Assembly: GCA_019455285.1 (NCBI GenBank)
Contig: JACFMS010000014.1
Location: 9,925 to 73,924, forward strand
Reading direction: 5' to 3'
Source: Sphingomonadales bacterium
GTDB taxonomy: Bacteria; Pseudomonadota; Alphaproteobacteria; Sphingomonadales; Govanellaceae
DNA: 64,000 nt
Shown here piece by piece: positions 56,509-63,860 of the stretch (within the stretch, counting starts at the first letter, position 1; each line of letters begins with the position of its first letter). The notes under the pieces were generated by a model. That model did no database searches, had not been told where the DNA came from, and saw only the letters and a list, made by a program, of their open reading frames with translations. The position numbers and the translations under genes are program-made.

Positions 56509-56588
56509 CTAGTGTCGTTTTGGTTTTTGAAGTTCGTGTGAGCGGCCTATATCAGTCATGAAACGAACTTCAAAAACCACGACACTAG
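56509..56588 (+). repeat. structured hairpin element 2 (CTAGTGTC...CTATATCAG...GACACTAG)
   Basis: Hand-paired as a 10-bp basal stem, a 3-nt bulge, a 16-bp upper stem and a 25-nt loop. It has the same termini and loop motif as element 1 but a different upper-stem sequence. Confidence 0.7.
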
Positions 56589-56726
56589 AGGATGCGCCGC
56601 CCGCTGTACCGAAAAGACACAAATTTCTGAAAAATGGACAGCGGAGCTGGGCAATAAAGGGACGGCGGGCGGGACTTTAATTCAAAAAATAAGAAAAATC
56701 CGCGCAAATGCCGGCCAATCGGCACT

Positions 56727-56742
56727 TGGCACGGTTTCTGCT
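56727..56742 (+). promoter_or_regulatory. candidate sigma-54 (-24/-12) promoter
   Basis: TGGCACGgtttCTGCT versus the consensus TGGCACG-N4-TTGCW: correct GG-N10-GC spacing with one core mismatch. Confidence 0.45.
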
Positions 56743-56794
56743 TTGATGAGGTCGAACGATGTTGCCAATGACAAAGACTTTCGGAGCGACGACC

Positions 56795-56977
56795 ATGACC
56801 AGCGGTAAGCGAATGATTCCTCAAGCAGGCAAACGGCGGGTGGCGATTTGGGCCGCCGCCGCATGGCTTGCCGGGGCGGGAAGCGCTTATGCCGAGAAGT
56901 GGCCGAACCTCGATCCGGCTTTTGTCATTCACCCTCTTCACTCACTCACTCCTGCCCCGGCGTTGCGGTCCTGCTGA
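56795..56977 (+). CDS. hypothetical small secreted peptide (60 aa precursor)
   Basis: MTSGKRMIPQAGKRRVAIWAAAAWLAGAGSAYA / EKWPNLDPAFVIHPLHSLTPAPALRSC. GGAG lies 8 nt upstream. Alternative ATGs are at 56759 and 56768. A strong terminator follows. Confidence 0.4.
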   Translation: MTSGKRMIPQAGKRRVAIWAAAAWLAGAGSAYAEKWPNLDPAFVIHPLHSLTPAPALRSC

Positions 56978-57023
56978 GACGGCGCCGCGCCGGACACCAG
57001 TTACCTTCGCGTCGCAAACTAGC

Positions 57024-57051
57024 GGCCTCTCCCCGGAGAGGCCGTTTTTTT
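57024..57051 (+). terminator. intrinsic terminator inside the head module
   Basis: GGCCTCTCC-ccg-GAGAGGCC stem followed by a T8 run. Confidence 0.8.
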
Positions 57052-57076
57052 ATCCATTGATCGCACGACATAGACA

Positions 57077-57397
57077 ATGGCCGATACCGATACCTTTCCT
57101 TATTACCGCTTCGCCCGGCTGGTGCGGCAAGCCAATCTTGAAGGCGCATCGTTCGAGACCTTGCGGCTGTTGATTGCCGAAGCGAGCGATCAGGGCGCGG
57201 CGCGGGCCTTAGAGCGCTGCGGCCTGCACGACCACGACGCCGGACGCGATATCGGCGAACTGCGGGCGCTTCTCGATGCCTGGCGCGACACCAAGCGCAC
57301 GGCGCGGCGCAGCTTGGTGCGCTGGCTGATTTCAACCGCCCTTGCCGCCATGCTGGTGGGCGCGGCAATTAAAGTTCGTCTGCTGCATCTATTGTAA
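57077..57397 (+). CDS. GTA g3.5-like small membrane-anchored protein (DUF6127-like)
   Basis: 106 aa located between portal and protease, as in RcGTA. DIGELRALLDAWRDTKRTARRS followed by a C-terminal TM helix LISTALAAMLVGAAI. Confidence 0.6.
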   Translation: MADTDTFPYYRFARLVRQANLEGASFETLRLLIAEASDQGAARALERCGLHDHDAGRDIGELRALLDAWRDTKRTARRSLVRWLISTALAAMLVGAAIKVRLLHLL

Positions 57398-57420
57398 CTG
57401 ACATCGATCAAGAGGGACAT

Positions 57421-58011
57421 ATGCCCACACCGCTTGCCACAAGCGGCGCCATGACGCGCGCCGAGGGCGGCTATTTCGCCGGTTATGCCAGCGTCTTTGG
57501 CCGCATCGACAAGGGCCGCGATATCGTTGTGAAAGGCGCCTTCGCCCGCTCCATCGTTGAGCGGGGCGCGCGCGGCATCAAAGTATTGTGGCAGCATGAT
57601 CCGCGCGAACCCATCGGGGTTCTGGAGGAGATTCGCGAGGACGATTACGGGCTTTTCGTGCGCGCTCGTTTACTGCACGACGTGCGCCGCGCCAGCGAGG
57701 CGCGGGCGCTGTTGCAGGCGGCGGCCGTTGATGGGCTGTCCATCGGCTATAAAACCATTGCTGCCGACACCGACGAGCGCACCGGCGTACGCCAGTTGAA
57801 GGATGTCGACCTGTGGGAAGTGTCTTTGGTCACCTTCCCGATGCAGGAAGCGGCGCGAGTGGTGCAGTTCAAGAGCGCTGACGGGTGGGCTGACATTGCC
57901 CGCAGGCTGCGGCAATTCGAATGGGGAATGAGCGAGCTCGCCGCCCGCGCACGGCATCGGTCAAGCACAGCCCCGTATTTTAAGGTCACAGACACAAGGA
58001 GGTTCCAATGA
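57421..58011 (+). CDS. HK97-family prohead protease
   Basis: GYASVFGRIDKGRDIVVKGAF...VLWQHD...PIG...GLSIGY...L.EVSLVTFPM: the canonical Peptidase_S78 pattern. Confidence 0.93.
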   Translation: MPTPLATSGAMTRAEGGYFAGYASVFGRIDKGRDIVVKGAFARSIVERGARGIKVLWQHDPREPIGVLEEIREDDYGLFVRARLLHDVRRASEARALLQAAAVDGLSIGYKTIAADTDERTGVRQLKDVDLWEVSLVTFPMQEAARVVQFKSADGWADIARRLRQFEWGMSELAARARHRSSTAPYFKVTDTRRFQ

Positions 58012-59252
58012 CCGTGCAAGAGTTCGACTCTCCCGATACCCGGGAAGTCAAGGCCGCCGTCGACGCGCTAGGACGCGCGTTTGAGGATTTCAAGGCCGCC
58101 AACAACGCAGCGGATGCCGAACACGCGCGGCATGGCACTGTCGATGTGGTGCTGGAAGAAAAGGTGACGCGGCTGAACAAGGAGGTTTCCGCCTTGAATG
58201 GCCGGCTGGAGCGTTTGCAACTTGCCGTCAATCGGCCGCACCGCGAGGGACGGAGCGAGATCTCCGGCCCGGCTGCGGAACATAAGCGGGCATTCTGTGA
58301 GCGTTTCATGCGCAAAGGAAATGAGCAGGGCCTGCAGGAGTTGGAAGAAAAGGCGCTGTCCATCGGCGTCGGCACCGACGGCGGGTATGCCGTGCCGCAG
58401 GAGATCGACCAGAAGATCGACGCGCGGCTGAAGGATTTCTCGCCCATTCGCCGCTTGGCGTCAGTGGTGCAGATCGGCTCGGCCAATTACCGCAAGCTGG
58501 TTAATCTGGCAACCGGTGCGTCAGGTTGGGTCGGCGAAACGGCGGCGCGGCCAGTCACGACGTCGACCCAATTTGCCGAAGTGGTGCCGCCGCTGGGCGA
58601 GATCTACGCCAACCCGGCGGCCACCCAGGCGATGCTCGATGATGCGTTCTTTGATGTCGAAGCCTGGCTGGCGGAAGAAATCGCCGCTGAGTTCGGCATT
58701 CAGGAAGGCGCGGCCTTCGTCAGCGGCAACGGCACCGACAAGCCGAAAGGATTCTTATCCTACACCACGGCGGCCACCAATGACGCTGGCCGCGCATTTG
58801 GCACGCTGCAGCATGTGGTGACTGGCGTAAACGGCGGCTTTCCGGCCAGCAATCCATCAGACATCCTGATTGATCTTGTGCATGCCCTGCGGCCGGTCTA
58901 TCGCGGCGGCGCGGCGTTCGTGATGAACACCAATACCATCTCGCTCATTCGCAAGTTCAAGGATTCCACCGGTGATTATTTGTGGCGACCGGGCCTGGGC
59001 GAGGCCGGACCGGCGACGCTGCTCGGCTATCCGTTGATCGAAGCCCAGGACATGCCGGACATCGCCACCAATAGCCTGTCCATCGCCTTCGGCAACTTCG
59101 AGCGCGGCTATATCATCACCGATCGCACCGGCGTGCGCGTGCTGCGCGATCCGTTCTCGAATAAGCCATACGTGCATTTCTACGCCACCAAGCGCGTCGG
59201 CGGCGGCGTGGTCAATTCGGAAGCGATCAAGCTGCTGAAATTCTCCGTCTAA
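58008..59252 (+). CDS. HK97-family major capsid protein
   Basis: 414 aa with an N-terminal coiled-coil delta/scaffold region (LEEKVTRLNKEVSALNGRLERLQL), then GTDGGYAVPQEID... and a C-terminal ...RVGGGVVNSEAIKLLKF. ATGA overlap with the protease gene. Confidence 0.95.
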   Translation: MTVQEFDSPDTREVKAAVDALGRAFEDFKAANNAADAEHARHGTVDVVLEEKVTRLNKEVSALNGRLERLQLAVNRPHREGRSEISGPAAEHKRAFCERFMRKGNEQGLQELEEKALSIGVGTDGGYAVPQEIDQKIDARLKDFSPIRRLASVVQIGSANYRKLVNLATGASGWVGETAARPVTTSTQFAEVVPPLGEIYANPAATQAMLDDAFFDVEAWLAEEIAAEFGIQEGAAFVSGNGTDKPKGFLSYTTAATNDAGRAFGTLQHVVTGVNGGFPASNPSDILIDLVHALRPVYRGGAAFVMNTNTISLIRKFKDSTGDYLWRPGLGEAGPATLLGYPLIEAQDMPDIATNSLSIAFGNFERGYIITDRTGVRVLRDPFSNKPYVHFYATKRVGGGVVNSEAIKLLKFSV

Positions 59253-59259
59253 GACAGTA

Positions 59260-59285
59260 GAGGGCGGCCGTTCGCGGCCGCCCTC
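59260..59285 (+). terminator. GC-rich hairpin immediately after the capsid gene (partial terminator or stabiliser)
   Basis: 11-bp stem GAGGGCGGCCG / CGGCCGCCCTC with a TTCG loop. The downstream CTTAACTTT is only weakly U-rich. Confidence 0.5.
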
Positions 59286-59310
59286 CTTAACTTTAAGCAA
59301 GGCTGAAGTC

Positions 59311-59520
59311 ATGACCGTCTACGTGTGCGATGTGATTGGCACGGGCACCGATGACGATTCCTTCCGTCCCGCCATCGACAACCATCTGAAAGGCTGGTCG
59401 GCCGTCGATGGACGTGAGGATGCAACGCAAGGCACGGGATCCATGGTGGTGTTTTGTGATCCGACCCCCGAGGAAGCGGCGGCGATTGCTGCCGATTCGC
59501 GCATTGAGGCGTTAGCATGA
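59311..59520 (+). CDS. hypothetical phage protein (69 aa)
   Basis: MTVYVCDVIGTGTDDDSFRPAIDNHL...; translationally coupled (ATGA) to the next ORF. Confidence 0.5.
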   Translation: MTVYVCDVIGTGTDDDSFRPAIDNHLKGWSAVDGREDATQGTGSMVVFCDPTPEEAAAIAADSRIEALA

Positions 59521-59720
59521 TGGAGCGGCAGCGCATCGAAGCGGTGTTGAGTCGTGCGCCAGGCGGCCTGCCGGAAGGCCAGTTCAAGGGTCAGGAGCGC
59601 GCCGCCGTGACGGCGGTGCTGGCGCGGCGGTTTCCGGGATTCCAGATTGCCGCCGGCGCTTCCAAGGCGCAGGTCGTTGCTGATTTGGTTGAGTTCCTGC
59701 TGAATCGTCAGCGGAGGTAG
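59517..59720 (+). CDS. hypothetical phage protein (67 aa)
   Basis: Tightly packed between coupled ORFs; I recognise no family. Confidence 0.45.
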   Translation: MMERQRIEAVLSRAPGGLPEGQFKGQERAAVTAVLARRFPGFQIAAGASKAQVVADLVEFLLNRQRR

Positions 59721-59723
59721 CGA

Positions 59724-60770
59724 ATGAGCACCTTCGTCCAAGACAGCTTCACCGACAGTAACGCGATGAATCTCTCAAGCCACACTGGCGAAACCGGCGC
59801 GACGTGGGCCAAGCTCACCGGGTACTCCGGCAATCTCTACATCAATGGCAATGTCCTTGAGAACGCTAATAACGAGGGAGCCGCCGAGGCAGCCTATTAT
59901 GCCAGCGGGAGTCCGGCCGCCGCCGACTACGACGTCGAGGCGAAGTACACCTGGGTTAATAGCGAGTTGTGCGACTGGCGAATCTGCGGCCGCATCGACA
60001 CGTCAAACGGCAATTATTACTCCTTCTACTACCGGCGCGGCAGCAACACCTATCGCCTGACCAAGCGAGTCAGCGGCACGACGACGACTTTGGCGAGCGC
60101 GGCGGGGAGCAGCCCGAACAGCGGCTCCTGGCTGACGCTGCGGCTCAATCTCAACGGCAGTGCGCTGGAGGGATTCGAGGGTGCGTCTTCAGTTCTGTCA
60201 ACAACCGATTCCGCGATCACCGCCGCCGGCAAGGTTGGTGTTGCGGCCACCTCCACCGGCGTTAGCGGCCCGCGCATCAAGTGGGACGATTTCTCGGCCA
60301 CCGAGGCGGACGGCGGCACCACCGTCAGCCCCGCTGACGCCGGCCACGGCCACAGCGCCGGCAACGTCACGCTGGGGCAGACGCATGTGCTGAGCATCAG
60401 CGCCGTCGCCCATACCCACGCGGCGCAAAATGTCTCGTTGTTGGTTTCGGGCGCGCTCGACATCACCAATGGGACCCATGGCCACGCGGCCGATAATCTG
60501 ACGCTGGCGCAGCACAGCGAGATCGTCATCGCCAATGGCCTGCATGGCCATGCGGCGGATGTGGCGTCACTGTCGCAAGTTCATCTGTTGAGCGTGCTGC
60601 CTGCCCTTCATGCCCATGCCGCAAGCTTGGCGGTTCTGGCGGCGGAAGGGGTGCTGGCGCCGCCGCCGCGGCGGCTTCAGCCCGAGGCGCGATCGGCCGT
60701 CACGGCTGACGCCAGCACCAGAACCATGACTGCTGCGAAAAGAAACCGCAGCCTTACTCCGGAGCGATAG
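59724..60770 (+). CDS. fibre/spike-like protein: N-terminal jelly-roll-like domain plus five 22-aa HxH repeats
   Basis: HGH/HTH/HGH/HGH/HAH at residues 208, 230, 252, 274 and 296 (exact 22-aa period), with repeat consensus xxGxHGHAADNvtLxQxxxlxI. Confidence 0.72.
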   Translation: MSTFVQDSFTDSNAMNLSSHTGETGATWAKLTGYSGNLYINGNVLENANNEGAAEAAYYASGSPAAADYDVEAKYTWVNSELCDWRICGRIDTSNGNYYSFYYRRGSNTYRLTKRVSGTTTTLASAAGSSPNSGSWLTLRLNLNGSALEGFEGASSVLSTTDSAITAAGKVGVAATSTGVSGPRIKWDDFSATEADGGTTVSPADAGHGHSAGNVTLGQTHVLSISAVAHTHAAQNVSLLVSGALDITNGTHGHAADNLTLAQHSEIVIANGLHGHAADVASLSQVHLLSVLPALHAHAASLAVLAAEGVLAPPPRRLQPEARSAVTADASTRTMTAAKRNRSLTPER

Positions 60771-60773
60771 ACC

Positions 60774-61148
60774 ATGGCCAAGATAGTTCATGACGACGTT
60801 CTCGACGGCGCGTTGAACGTCGTGAAAAACAACTGCACGCGCATGACGGCGTGTAGCCAGCAGCCGACCACCTATACGGAGGGTAACGCCACCTATGCGC
60901 TGGCCGATGTGACCATGGCGTCCGGCGACTTTACCGCGGCGGATGGCGATACATCGGGCCGCAAACTGACGGTGGCGCAAAAAACCGGCGTAACGGTGGA
61001 TGCCAACGGCACTGCAACCCATGTGGCGCTCCTCGATGTCATAAACTCCAAACTTTTATATGTGACGACCTGCACTTCCCAAGCGCTTACCGCCGGCAAC
61101 ACCATGACGTTCAATAGCTGGAAGATCGAGATCGCCGATCCGGCGTAG
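60774..61148 (+). CDS. hypothetical phage structural-module protein (124 aa)
   Basis: Compact spacing (3 nt after the previous stop), same strand, and compositionally gene-like. Confidence 0.55.
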   Translation: MAKIVHDDVLDGALNVVKNNCTRMTACSQQPTTYTEGNATYALADVTMASGDFTAADGDTSGRKLTVAQKTGVTVDANGTATHVALLDVINSKLLYVTTCTSQALTAGNTMTFNSWKIEIADPA

Positions 61149-61160
61149 GGAGAACCGACG

Positions 61161-61436
61161 ATGACCGTTCTTCTGAAAGATCCGAACGCATCACTTGATT
61201 ACAGCGTCGACTGGTCGAGCTATCTCGAAGCGGGCGAAACCCTGGCCGGCAGTACTTGGCAGATTGAGCCTAACGGCGAGCTTGCCTATGCGTCCGCGTC
61301 CTTTGACGCCGCAAGCGCCACGGCGACCCTTTCCGGCGGCGCCATCGGCCATGTCTACCGCGTCACTAATCGCATCACCACGTCCCTGGGGCGCATCGAT
61401 GATCGCTCCTTCATCCTCCGGGTGGAAGATCAATGA
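61161..61436 (+). CDS. conserved small phage protein (91 aa)
   Basis: LDYSVDWSSYLEAGETL...ATLSGGAIGHVYRVTNRITTSLGRIDDRSFILRV is a pattern I have seen in siphovirus/podovirus virion modules. ATGA overlap with the connector gene. Confidence 0.6.
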   Translation: MTVLLKDPNASLDYSVDWSSYLEAGETLAGSTWQIEPNGELAYASASFDAASATATLSGGAIGHVYRVTNRITTSLGRIDDRSFILRVEDQ

Positions 61437-61999
61437 GCAATCTCCTGCTTTTCAGCGGACCCGCCGTTGAGCCTGTGACCATTGCCGAGGCCAAGGCCTT
61501 CTTGCGTTTGGATACCGCTGACGATGATGCTTTGGTGGCCGCCGCCATCGTCGCGGCGCGCCAAGCGTGCGAGAGCTTCACCGGCCGCGCCCTGATCACC
61601 CAAAGCTGGCAGCTTTATCTCGATCATTGGCCCGAGCGCGACATCACACTGCCACGCCCGCCGCTGCAATCGGTCACCAGCATCAAGACGTTCGATGCCG
61701 ACGGCGTCGGCGCAACGCTCGATCCGGCGACCTATTGGGTTGATGCATCGGCGCTGCCGGGACGGGTGCGGCGGCGCAGCGATGCGGTATGGCCATCGCC
61801 GGGGCGCGATGTCGCCGGCATCGAGGTCACCTTCGTCGCCGGCTACGGCGACAGCTGGAATGATGTGCCGCAGTCGTTGCGGCAAGGCATACTGATGACC
61901 GTCGCCAATTTCTACGAATACCGCGATGCGCTTCATCCCGTGACGCTGCCAGCACCCATCGGAGCGCTGTGGCAGCCTTATCGCCTGGTGCGGCTATGA
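61433..61999 (+). CDS. head-tail connector (gp6-like, RcGTA g6 type)
   Basis: EPVTIAEAKAFLRLDTADDDALVAAAIVAARQACESFTGRALITQSW...LPRPPLQSVTSIK. Confidence 0.9.
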   Translation: MSNLLLFSGPAVEPVTIAEAKAFLRLDTADDDALVAAAIVAARQACESFTGRALITQSWQLYLDHWPERDITLPRPPLQSVTSIKTFDADGVGATLDPATYWVDASALPGRVRRRSDAVWPSPGRDVAGIEVTFVAGYGDSWNDVPQSLRQGILMTVANFYEYRDALHPVTLPAPIGALWQPYRLVRL

Positions 62000-62331
62000 G
62001 CGCGGCCAAGCCTAAGATCGGGGCGTTGCGCGAACGCGTGACCTTGGAAGCCGAGCACACCCAGGAGAAGCTTGGCGGCGGCTATAGCCGCGCCGGCGAA
62101 ATGCTGGGTCTTGCCTGGGCGGCGATCACCACGAAAAACTCCGAGGTTATTGTCAAGGGCGGCCAGCGCCGTCGGCGACAAACCTTCGAGGTCATTATCC
62201 GCAAACGCGAGCGGCTGGAGGATATTCGCCGCGTGTTATGGTTAGGGCGGACGTTGACGGTCGTCGGCGTCATGACGCTGCCCTCCCGCGGCTATGCCGC
62301 CTTGACCTGCGAGGAGGAGACGGCGATATGA
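61996..62331 (+). CDS. phage head closure / head-tail adaptor protein (RcGTA g7 type)
   Basis: MSAAKPKIGALRERVTLE...WAAITTKNSEV...FEVIIRKRERLEDIRRVLWLGRTLTVVGV; ATGA overlaps on both sides. Confidence 0.85.
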   Translation: MSAAKPKIGALRERVTLEAEHTQEKLGGGYSRAGEMLGLAWAAITTKNSEVIVKGGQRRRRQTFEVIIRKRERLEDIRRVLWLGRTLTVVGVMTLPSRGYAALTCEEETAI

Positions 62332-62699
62332 TCGACGTTGAGATCGTACGTTCCCGCCACAGCCGCTTTGGCATTCTTGACGAACTGAGCAACGTGGCGG
62401 GAGAAGCGGTGCTTGGCTTGGCCGAGGAACTGGCGGATGAAGCCCGCACCCGGGTGATGGAGCAGCGGCATCCCGATCGCACGCTACCCAGCAGCCTTGC
62501 CGATAGTATTATCGTGGAGAGTACCGAGAACGGCGCGGCGGTGCGCGCCACGGCTTCTTATGCGCCTTACGTGGAATTCGGCACCCGGCGCATGGCGGCG
62601 CGGCCGTTCCTGGCCCCGGCTGCGGAATACATGCGCGGCGTCGCGGGGAGCGCCATCGCTGACGCCCTCCGCCGGCTGTTGCGGGGAGGGGCCTTATGA
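62328..62699 (+). CDS. HK97 gp10 family protein
   Basis: ...ASYAPYVEFGTRRMAARPFLAPAAE... is the hallmark motif. Confidence 0.85.
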   Translation: MIDVEIVRSRHSRFGILDELSNVAGEAVLGLAEELADEARTRVMEQRHPDRTLPSSLADSIIVESTENGAAVRATASYAPYVEFGTRRMAARPFLAPAAEYMRGVAGSAIADALRRLLRGGAL

Positions 62700-63091
62700 C
62701 CACCATCGGCTGGGAGCTGCAACAGGCGGTGATCGCGGCGCTGCAAGGCGATAGCGAAATCACGGCGATTGCCAATGGCATCTACGATTTCGTGCCGGAA
62801 ACGGCGGCGATGCCCTATGTGCGGGCGGCCGTCGTCTCGTCACGGCCATGGTCGGCGAAAACCTTCGATGGCCGGGAAGACGTGGTGCGCCTTGACATCT
62901 GGAGCGAGGCGTTGAGCCGCCAAACCATGCTGACGTTGATGGACTTGGCGCGCGTACGACTGACCACAGCGCCGCTTACCGTAACGGGAGCGACAGTCGT
63001 TCTGGTCAATTTTGAGTTTGGCGAGATCATCGCCGAGCCGGACGGCGAGGCGCTGCACGGCATCCTGCGCTTTCGTGCATTGACGCAATAG
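62696..63091 (+). CDS. DUF3168 tail terminator-like protein (RcGTA g8 type)
   Basis: GIYDFVPETAAMPYV...RLDIWSEA...HGILRFRALT pattern. Confidence 0.85.
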   Translation: MTTIGWELQQAVIAALQGDSEITAIANGIYDFVPETAAMPYVRAAVVSSRPWSAKTFDGREDVVRLDIWSEALSRQTMLTLMDLARVRLTTAPLTVTGATVVLVNFEFGEIIAEPDGEALHGILRFRALTQ

Positions 63092-63120
63092 ATACCCTTA
63101 TTTTATGGAAGGAGTAGACC

Positions 63121-63534
63121 ATGGCTGCTGAGAAGGGCCGCGCCTTTCTGGTGAAGATCGGCGACGGCGGCGCGCCGGAGACCTTTGCCACCATTGGTGG
63201 CCTGCGGGCGACATCACTGAGCATCAACAACGAAGTGGTCGATATCACCAGCAAAACCTCCGCCGGCTGGCGTGAGTTGCTCGCCGGCGCCGGCATTCGC
63301 GCGCTCGCCATCGCTGGCGGCGGCGTCTTTACCGACAGCGCCGCGGAGGGATTGCTGCGCGGCAAGGCCCTTGCCGGCTCCATCGACAATTATGAAATCG
63401 TGTTTGAGAGCGGCGCGAAATTTTCCGGCGGATTTTATGTCTCATCTCTGGAATATGCCGGCGACCATAACGGCGAGCGCACCTATTCCCTACGCCTGGA
63501 GAGCTCGGGCGTCATTAGCTACACGGCGGCGTAA
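63121..63534 (+). CDS. major tail protein, TP901-1/RcGTA g9 type
   Basis: MAAEKGRAFLVKIGDGGAPETFATIGGLRATSLSINNEVVDITSK...; 137 aa. Confidence 0.9.
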   Translation: MAAEKGRAFLVKIGDGGAPETFATIGGLRATSLSINNEVVDITSKTSAGWRELLAGAGIRALAIAGGGVFTDSAAEGLLRGKALAGSIDNYEIVFESGAKFSGGFYVSSLEYAGDHNGERTYSLRLESSGVISYTAA

Positions 63535-63539
63535 AGATC

Positions 63540-63860
63540 ATGGCCAATCGACTGCGTGGAGAAAGCGAGATTACGCTTGGCGGCGTCACGTACCGCCTGC
63601 GTCCGACCTTTGCCGCGATCATGGAGATCGAGGACCGTTTGGGCGGCGTGGTGCCGCTGGCGGTGCGCGCCGCGCGCGGCGAATTCGGCCTGAAAGATTT
63701 GACGGTGATCGTATGGGCGACGCTGAACGCGGTGGAAGGGCAGAAACTGGAGCTTGCGGCAGTGGGCGATTTTATCCTAGAGCGCGGCATCGCCGAGACC
63801 ACGCCCATCGTGCGTGACGTGTTGACGCAAGTATTGGGCGGCAGCGATGACGGCGGGTGA
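63540..63860 (+). CDS. GTA g10-type tail assembly chaperone
   Basis: MANRLRGESEITLGGVTYRLRPTFAAIMEIEDRLGG... is typical of 'gene transfer agent family protein'. Confidence 0.85.
   Translation: MANRLRGESEITLGGVTYRLRPTFAAIMEIEDRLGGVVPLAVRAARGEFGLKDLTVIVWATLNAVEGQKLELAAVGDFILERGIAETTPIVRDVLTQVLGGSDDGG

Noticed and set aside
56417-56588. Considered a CRISPR array or a retron msr/msd.
   Set aside because: There are only two units, each is itself a palindrome and not a repeat-spacer unit, and there are no cas genes. No reverse transcriptase ORF occurs anywhere in the window.
56585-56941. 118-aa minus-strand ORF across the portal/g3.5 spacer.
   Set aside because: The translation has no gene-like features and runs antisense to the sigma-54 promoter, peptide ORF and terminator cassette. 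It also spans AT-rich non-coding-looking sequence.
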